DNA of 42,729 nt. Source: a virus (Duplodnaviria > Heunggongvirae > Uroviricota > Caudoviricetes). Each line of letters starts with the position of its first letter. The first letter of the stretch is position 1. The translations under genes were made by a program, and so were the position numbers. Under the pieces are notes generated by a model. It was not told the origin of the DNA. It saw only the letters and a program-made list of their open reading frames with translations, and ran no database searches. This document shows, piece after piece, positions 36,853-42,729 of this stretch. The stretch lies in the IMG/VR virus record IMGVR_UViG_2541047951_000003; one strand, given 5' to 3'.

Positions 36853-39800
36853 ATGGGTAAAGGCAGCAGTAAGGGGCATACCCCGCGCGAAGCGAAGGAC
36901 AACCTGAAATCATCCCAGATGCTGAGCGTGATAGACGCCATCAGCGAAGGGCCGGTTGAAGGTCCGGTGGATGGATTAAAAAGCGTGCTGCTGAACAGTA
37001 CGCCGGTGCTGGACAGTGAGGGGAATACCAATATATTCGGCGTCACGGTGGTGTTCCGGGCCGGTGAGCAGGAGCAGACTCCGCCGGAGGGATTTGAATC
37101 CTCCGGCTCCGAGACGGTGCTCGGTACAGAAGTGAAATATGACACGCCGATCACCCGGACCATCACCTCGGCAAACATTGACCGTCTGCGTTTTACTTTC
37201 GGCGTGCAGGCACTGGTGGAAACCACCTCAAAGGGGGACAGGAATCCATCGGAAGTCCGCCTGCTGGTTCAGATTCAACGTAACGGTGGCTGGGTGACGG
37301 AAAAAGACATCACCATTAAGGGCAAAACCACGTCGCAGTATCTGGCCTCGGTGGTGGTGGATAACCTGCCGCCGCGCCCGTTTAATATCCGGATGCGCAG
37401 GATGACGCCGGACAGCACCACAGACCAGCTGCAGAACAAAACGCTCTGGTCGTCATACACCGAAATCATCGATGTGAAACAGTGCTACCCGAACACGGCA
37501 CTGGTCGGCGTACAGGTGGACTCGGAGCAGTTCGGCAGCCAGCAGGTGAGCCGTAATTATCATCTTCGCGGGCGCATTCTGCAGGTGCCGTCGAACTATA
37601 ACCCGCAGACGCGGCAATACAGCGGTATCTGGGACGGAACGTTTAAGCCAGCATACAGCAACAACATGGCCTGGTGTCTGTGGGATATGCTGACCCATCC
37701 GCGCTACGGCATGGGGAAACGTCTTGGTGCGGCAGATGTGGATAAATGGGCGCTGTATGTCATCGGCCAGAATTGCGACCAGTCAGTGCCGGACGGCTTT
37801 GGCGGCACGGAGCCGCGCATCACCTGTAATGCGTACCTGACCACACAGCGCAAGGCGTGGGATGTGCTCAGTGATTTTTGCTCGGCGATGCGCTGTATGC
37901 CGGTATGGAACGGGCAGACGCTGACGTTCGTGCAGGACCGACCGTCGGATAAGGTGTGGACCTATAACCGCAGTAATGTGGTGATGCCGGATGATGGCGC
38001 GCCGTTCCGCTACAGCTTCAGCGCCCTGAAAGACCGCCATAATGCCGTTGAGGTGAACTGGATTGACCCGGATAACGGCTGGGAGACGGCGACAGAGCTT
38101 GTGGAGGACACGCAGGCCATTGCCCGTTACGGTCGTAACGTCACGAAGATGGATGCCTTTGGCTGTACCAGCCGGGGGCAGGCACACCGCGCCGGGCTGT
38201 GGCTGATTAAAACGGAACTGCTGGAGACGCAGACCGTGGATTTCAGCGTCGGCGCAGAAGGGCTTCGCCATGTACCGGGCGATGTCATTGAAATCTGTGA
38301 TGATGACTATGCGGGGATCAGCATCGGCGGGCGCGTGCTGGCGGTGAACAACCAGACGCGGACACTGACGCTCGACCGTGAAATCACGCTGCCATCCTCC
38401 GGCACCACGCTGATAAGCCTGGCTGACGGACAGGGGAATCCGGTCAGCGTGGAGGTCCAGTCCGTCACCGACGGCGTGAAGGTAAAAGTGAGCCGTGTTC
38501 CTGACGGCGTTGCAGAATACAGCGTGTGGGGGCTGAAGTTGCCAACGTTGCGCCAGCGCCTGTTCCGCTGTGTGAGTATCCGTGAGAACGATGACGGCAC
38601 GTATGCCATCACTGCCGTGCAGCATGTACCGGAAAAAGAGGCCATCGTGGATAACGGGGCGCACTTTGACAGCGACCAGAGCGGCACGGTGAATGGTGTC
38701 ACGCCGCCAGCGGTGCAGCACCTGACTGCCGAAGTCACCGCAGACAGCGGGGAATATCAGGTGCTGGCGCGCTGGGACACGCCGAAGGTGGTGAAGGGGG
38801 TGAGCTTTATGCTTCGCCTGACCGTGGCAGCGGATGACGGCAGTGAGCGGCTGGTCAGCACGGCCCGGACGACGGAAACCACATACCGCTTCAGGCAACT
38901 GGCGCTGGGGAACTACAGGCTGACAGTCCGGGCGGTAAATGCGTGGGGGCAGCAGGGCGATCCGGCATCGGTATCGTTCCGGATTGCCGCACCGGCAGCG
39001 CCGTCGCAGATTGAGCTGACACCGGGGTATTTTCAGATAACCGCCACGCCGCATCTTGCGGTTTATGATCCGACGGTACAGTTTGAGTTCTGGTTCTCGG
39101 AAAAGCGGATTGCGGATATCAGGCAGGTTGAAACCACAGCACGCTATCTTGGCACGGCGCTGTACTGGATAGCCGCCAGTATCAATATCAAACCGGGCCA
39201 TGATTATTATTTTTACATCCGCAGTGTGAACACCGTTGGCAAATCGGCATTTGTGGAGGCTGTTGGCCAGCCGAGTGATGATGCATCCGGCTATCTGAAT
39301 TTTTTCAAAGGAGAGATAGGGAAAACCCATCTGGCTCAGGAGTTGTGGACGCAGATTGATAACGGTCAGCTTGCGCCTGACCTGGCTGAAATCAGGACGT
39401 CCATTACGGGTGTCAGCAATGAAATCACGCAGACCGTCAATAAGAAACTGGAAGACCAGAGTGCAGCGATCCAGCAGATACAGAAGGTTCAGGTTGATAC
39501 AAATAATAACCTGAACAGCATGTGGGCTGTGAAGCTGCAGCAGATGCAGGACGGACGCCTTTATATCGCGGGTATTGGTGCCGGTGTTGAGAATACTCCT
39601 GACGGTATGCAGAGTCAGGTGCTGCTGGCGGCGGACAGGATTGCGATGATTAATCCTGCGAATGGCAACACAAAGCCGATGTTTGTTGGGCAGGGCGATC
39701 AGATATTCATGAACGAAGTGTTCCTGAAATATCTGACGGCTCCCACCATTACCAGCGGTGGCAATCCCCCAACGTTTTCACTGACACCTGATGGTCGACT

Positions 39801-40335
39801 TTCTGCGAAAAATGCGGATATCAGCGGTAACGTGAACGCGAACTCCGGGACGCTCAACAACGTCACGATTAATCAGAACTGTCGGATTCTGGGAAAACTG
39901 TCAGCTAACCAGATTGAAGGTGATATTGTCAAAACGGTGGGAAAAGCCTTTCCGAGAAATGGCAGTTATGCCAGCGGTACAATAACGGTCACTGTGTACG
40001 ATGACCAGGCTTTTGACCGTCAGATAGTAGTCCCCCCCGTTCTGTTTCGTGGGGGTAAGCATGAAAACTTCAACAGCAACAACCAACAGTCATACTGGTA
40101 TTCAACCTGTAAGCTGCAGGTACTGAAGAACGGACAGGAAATCTTTCAGCAACCCGCGACGGATGTCAGCAGGGTATTTTCATCAGTCATTGATATGCCT
40201 GCCGGACACGGCCATGTCACCCTGACTTTCAATGTTTCTTCATATGGTGCTAATAACTGGACGCCAACGACCAGTATCAGCGACCTTCTTGTTGTTGTGA
40301 TGAAGAAATCTACAGCCGGTATCAGTATCAGTTGA
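36853..40335 (+). CDS. J: Central tail fibre / host-specificity protein J
   Basis: 1160 aa, lambda gpJ-like over most of its length; C-terminal receptor-binding region appears diverged from lambda. Confidence 0.95.
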   Translation: MGKGSSKGHTPREAKDNLKSSQMLSVIDAISEGPVEGPVDGLKSVLLNSTPVLDSEGNTNIFGVTVVFRAGEQEQTPPEGFESSGSETVLGTEVKYDTPITRTITSANIDRLRFTFGVQALVETTSKGDRNPSEVRLLVQIQRNGGWVTEKDITIKGKTTSQYLASVVVDNLPPRPFNIRMRRMTPDSTTDQLQNKTLWSSYTEIIDVKQCYPNTALVGVQVDSEQFGSQQVSRNYHLRGRILQVPSNYNPQTRQYSGIWDGTFKPAYSNNMAWCLWDMLTHPRYGMGKRLGAADVDKWALYVIGQNCDQSVPDGFGGTEPRITCNAYLTTQRKAWDVLSDFCSAMRCMPVWNGQTLTFVQDRPSDKVWTYNRSNVVMPDDGAPFRYSFSALKDRHNAVEVNWIDPDNGWETATELVEDTQAIARYGRNVTKMDAFGCTSRGQAHRAGLWLIKTELLETQTVDFSVGAEGLRHVPGDVIEICDDDYAGISIGGRVLAVNNQTRTLTLDREITLPSSGTTLISLADGQGNPVSVEVQSVTDGVKVKVSRVPDGVAEYSVWGLKLPTLRQRLFRCVSIRENDDGTYAITAVQHVPEKEAIVDNGAHFDSDQSGTVNGVTPPAVQHLTAEVTADSGEYQVLARWDTPKVVKGVSFMLRLTVAADDGSERLVSTARTTETTYRFRQLALGNYRLTVRAVNAWGQQGDPASVSFRIAAPAAPSQIELTPGYFQITATPHLAVYDPTVQFEFWFSEKRIADIRQVETTARYLGTALYWIAASINIKPGHDYYFYIRSVNTVGKSAFVEAVGQPSDDASGYLNFFKGEIGKTHLAQELWTQIDNGQLAPDLAEIRTSITGVSNEITQTVNKKLEDQSAAIQQIQKVQVDTNNNLNSMWAVKLQQMQDGRLYIAGIGAGVENTPDGMQSQVLLAADRIAMINPANGNTKPMFVGQGDQIFMNEVFLKYLTAPTITSGGNPPTFSLTPDGRLSAKNADISGNVNANSGTLNNVTINQNCRILGKLSANQIEGDIVKTVGKAFPRNGSYASGTITVTVYDDQAFDRQIVVPPVLFRGGKHENFNSNNQQSYWYSTCKLQVLKNGQEIFQQPATDVSRVFSSVIDMPAGHGHVTLTFNVSSYGANNWTPTTSISDLLVVVMKKSTAGISIS

Positions 40336-40353
40336 ATTTTATAACCCAGATAC

Positions 40354-40380
40354 GGGCGCCAGAAATGGCGCCTTTTTTAT
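40354..40380 (+). terminator. Rho-independent terminator after J
   Basis: GGGCGCC-agaaat-GGCGCC stem followed by TTTTTTATTT. Confidence 0.55.
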
Positions 40381-40387
40381 TTGTGGA

Positions 40388-42454
40388 GTGAATATGGCAG
40401 TACAGATTTCAGGCGTGCTGAAAGACGGTGCAGGAAAACCGATACAGAACTGCACCATTCAGCTCAAAGCAAAACGTAACAGCACCACGGTTGTGGTGAA
40501 CACGGTGGCCTCAGAAAATCCGGATGAAGCCGGACGTTACAGCATGGATGTCGAGTATGGCCAGTACAGCGTTATCCTGCTGGTTGAAGGTTTTCCGCCT
40601 TCACATGCCGGGGCCATCACCGTGTATGAGGATTCTAAGCCGGGGACATTGAATGATTTTCTGGGCGCTGCAACAGAAGATGATGTTCGTCCGGAGGCAC
40701 TGTATCGTTTTGAAAAGATGGTGGAAGAGGTGGCACGCAACGCTGAAGCCGCCTCTCAGAGCGCAGCGGCAGCAAAGAAATCAGAAACAGCAGCGGCATC
40801 GTCCAGGAATGCGGCGAAAACATCAGAGACGAATGCAGGTAACAGCGCGAAAGCGGCAGCTTCTTCAAAAACAGCCGCACAAAACGCAGCAACAGCGGCA
40901 GAACGTTCAGAGACAAATGCCCGTGCGTCAGAAGAAGCCTCCGCAGACAGTGAAGAGGCTTCCCGCCGTAATGCAGAGTCAGCCGCTGAAAATGCCGGAG
41001 TCGCCACCACAAAAGCGCGGGAGGCCGCAGCAGACGCAACAAAGGCCGGGCAGAAAAAGGATGAGGCTCTGTCGGCAGCGACACGGGCTGAAAAGGCGGC
41101 AGACCGCGCAGAAGTCGCAGCGGAAGTGACTGCAGAGCCCTATGCGAATATAGTGCCGCCGCTGCCTGATGTGTGGATACCGTTTAACGATTCACTGGAT
41201 ATGATTGCGGGTTTTTCTCCGGGCTATAAAAAAATAGCTATTGGTGACGATGTGGTTCAGGTCGCCAGTGATAAACAGGTTAATTTCAGTCGCGCATCAA
41301 CGGCAACATATATCAACAAATCTGGCGAACTGAAAACGGCGGAAATTAATGAGCCGCGATTTGAGTGTGATGGCCTGCTTATTGAGGGACAAAGAACGAA
41401 CTACATGCTCAATTCGGAAAGTCCAGCCAGCTGGGGGAAGTCATCAAACATGGATGTGCCCGAAACCGGGACAGATAGTTTTGGTTTTACTTATGGAAAG
41501 TTTGTCTGCAACGATTCTCTGGTTGGGCAAACTTCGGCTATTAATATGGCATCAATTGCTGCAACAAAGTCAGTTGATGTCTCAGGCGATAACAAGTACG
41601 TGACAACCTCATGCCGTTTTAAAACAGAACGACAGGTAAGGTTACGTATACGGTTTGATAAGTATGATGGTAGTGCAACAACTTTTCTTGGCGATGCGTA
41701 CATTGATACGCAAACGCTTGAAATTAATATGACAGGTGGGGCTGCCGGCAGAATTACGGCACGAGTCAGGAAGGATAAGACCACAGGCTGGATTTTTGCA
41801 GAGGCAACGATTCAGGCAATTGATGGTGAGTTAAAAATAGGCTCTCAGATACAGTATTCTCCTGAGCGGGGTGGGGCAACAGTATCTGGTGACTATATTT
41901 ATCTTGCCACCCCACAAGTAGAGAATGGGCCGTGTGTATCATCATTTATTATTTCAGGAGGCAGCGCAACGACAAGAGCCAGTGATTTGGTTAGTATCCC
42001 CACCAGAAATAATCTTTATAAGTTACCATTTACTTTTTTACTTGAGATTCATAAAAACTGGGATATTGCACCAAACGCCGCACCCCGCGTGTGGGATATA
42101 GCAGCAGCCAATACCGGGCAATCAGCAATTGCAGCAATCAACAGAGGTAGTGGTAAGTTATATATGAGTCTGTCAAACCCTTCAGGCTTGTATGTTAATA
42201 GCGCAGCGACAGATGTATTTGCAGAGAAAACCACATTTGGATGTATTGCAAAAGCTGATGGTCACTTTCATGTGGTGACAAATGGTAAAGCGGTTAATGA
42301 AGTTTATTGTGAATATAATGGCGTGACCGCTGATAAAAATATCCGATTTGGAGGGCAGACGAATACTGGAGAACGACATCTGTTTGGCCATATTCGCAAT
42401 TTCCGCATATGGCATAAAGAATTAAATGACAGGCAATTAAAAGAGGTCGTATGA
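40388..42454 (+). CDS. stf: Side tail fibre protein (Stf-like N-terminal domain, Ala-rich coiled-coil, distinct C-terminal domain)
   Basis: N-terminal about 130 aa (MAVQISGVLKDGAGKPIQNCTIQLKAKRNSTTVVVNTVASENPDEAGRYSMDVEYGQYSVILLVEGFPPSHAG) matches lambda/Rac Stf N-terminus; followed by Ala/Ser/Glu-rich repeats and an unrelated C-terminal domain. Confidence 0.85.
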   Translation: MNMAVQISGVLKDGAGKPIQNCTIQLKAKRNSTTVVVNTVASENPDEAGRYSMDVEYGQYSVILLVEGFPPSHAGAITVYEDSKPGTLNDFLGAATEDDVRPEALYRFEKMVEEVARNAEAASQSAAAAKKSETAAASSRNAAKTSETNAGNSAKAAASSKTAAQNAATAAERSETNARASEEASADSEEASRRNAESAAENAGVATTKAREAAADATKAGQKKDEALSAATRAEKAADRAEVAAEVTAEPYANIVPPLPDVWIPFNDSLDMIAGFSPGYKKIAIGDDVVQVASDKQVNFSRASTATYINKSGELKTAEINEPRFECDGLLIEGQRTNYMLNSESPASWGKSSNMDVPETGTDSFGFTYGKFVCNDSLVGQTSAINMASIAATKSVDVSGDNKYVTTSCRFKTERQVRLRIRFDKYDGSATTFLGDAYIDTQTLEINMTGGAAGRITARVRKDKTTGWIFAEATIQAIDGELKIGSQIQYSPERGGATVSGDYIYLATPQVENGPCVSSFIISGGSATTRASDLVSIPTRNNLYKLPFTFLLEIHKNWDIAPNAAPRVWDIAAANTGQSAIAAINRGSGKLYMSLSNPSGLYVNSAATDVFAEKTTFGCIAKADGHFHVVTNGKAVNEVYCEYNGVTADKNIRFGGQTNTGERHLFGHIRNFRIWHKELNDRQLKEVV

Positions 42455-42729
42455 AAGATTTAACTTTGAAGTTTCATGACAAACTGCAGTTTAAGGCCTT
42501 CCTGTCATCTCTTGACTGGGAGGAGGATGAAGACCTCCAGAATAAACTGTTAGTCGATGAAATTGGTTTCACCTACACAGAAACAGGGGTAACAGAAGAG
42601 GGAGAACCTGTCTGTGTCCGGAATGACGGTTATTTTGTCAACATTCGCATTCTTGATGACTTGTTTGATGTTTCTGTATTCTCTGATTATGTCGTGGAGC
42701 TGGAAACACCGCTTCGGGAATGGAGCTGA
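42451..42729 (+). CDS. Hypothetical protein, 3'-partial at window end (possible tail-fibre accessory/chaperone)
   Basis: ATGA overlap with stf stop; acidic; ORF runs off the window; no recognised motif. Confidence 0.4.
   Translation: MKDLTLKFHDKLQFKAFLSSLDWEEDEDLQNKLLVDEIGFTYTETGVTEEGEPVCVRNDGYFVNIRILDDLFDVSVFSDYVVELETPLREWS

Noticed and set aside
37783-39330. 515-aa minus-strand ORF inside J
   Set aside because: Antisense to a strongly supported lambda J homologue; Arg/His/Cys/Pro-rich composition without motifs; a stop-free antisense frame is the likeliest explanation.
40740-41110. Ala/Ser/Glu-rich repetitive DNA and overlapping ORFs (40635-41084 minus, 40653-41129 plus, 40756-41010 minus)
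   Set aside because: The repetitiveness is the coiled-coil shaft of the side tail fibre; the alternative-frame ORFs are artefacts of the GC/Ala-rich repeat.
1-42729. tRNA genes or CRISPR arrays anywhere in the window
   Set aside because: Scanning intergenic regions (notably 16160-16746 and 19750-20058) by eye revealed no cloverleaf-like sequences with conserved T-loop motifs and no regularly spaced repeats; absence is not proven without tRNAscan/CRISPR finders.

Overview
This window is almost entirely one lambdoid prophage in prophage order, running from the integrase (stop codon at positions 1-3, so the attachment site lies left of the window) to a side-tail-fibre gene and a 3'-truncated downstream ORF at the right edge. 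It is a mosaic: recombination genes (exo/bet/gam/kil/cIII/ea10/ral/sieB), replication genes (O/P/ren/ninB/ninE), cos and the head/tail morphogenesis genes (nu1-A-W-B-C-D-E-FI-FII-Z-U-V-G/T-H-M-L-K-I-J) read as lambda-like, while the immunity region (N-like antiterminator, cI N-terminal domain, cro, cII N-terminus) is non-lambda and the late-regulation/lysis module (rusA-ylcG-quuD, intact nmpC-like porin, S21 pinholin, SAR endolysin, Rz/Rz1, bor) resembles phage 21 / DLP12. An IS2 copy with 5-bp target duplications sits between bor and cos. The main candidate for an undescribed system is an AT-rich, translationally coupled two-gene cassette (7470-8776, minus strand) occupying the rexAB position between cI and pL/N; neither protein matches anything I recognise. 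All identifications are by eye from the supplied translations, recalled protein sequences and manual motif reading; no database search or computed statistics were available.
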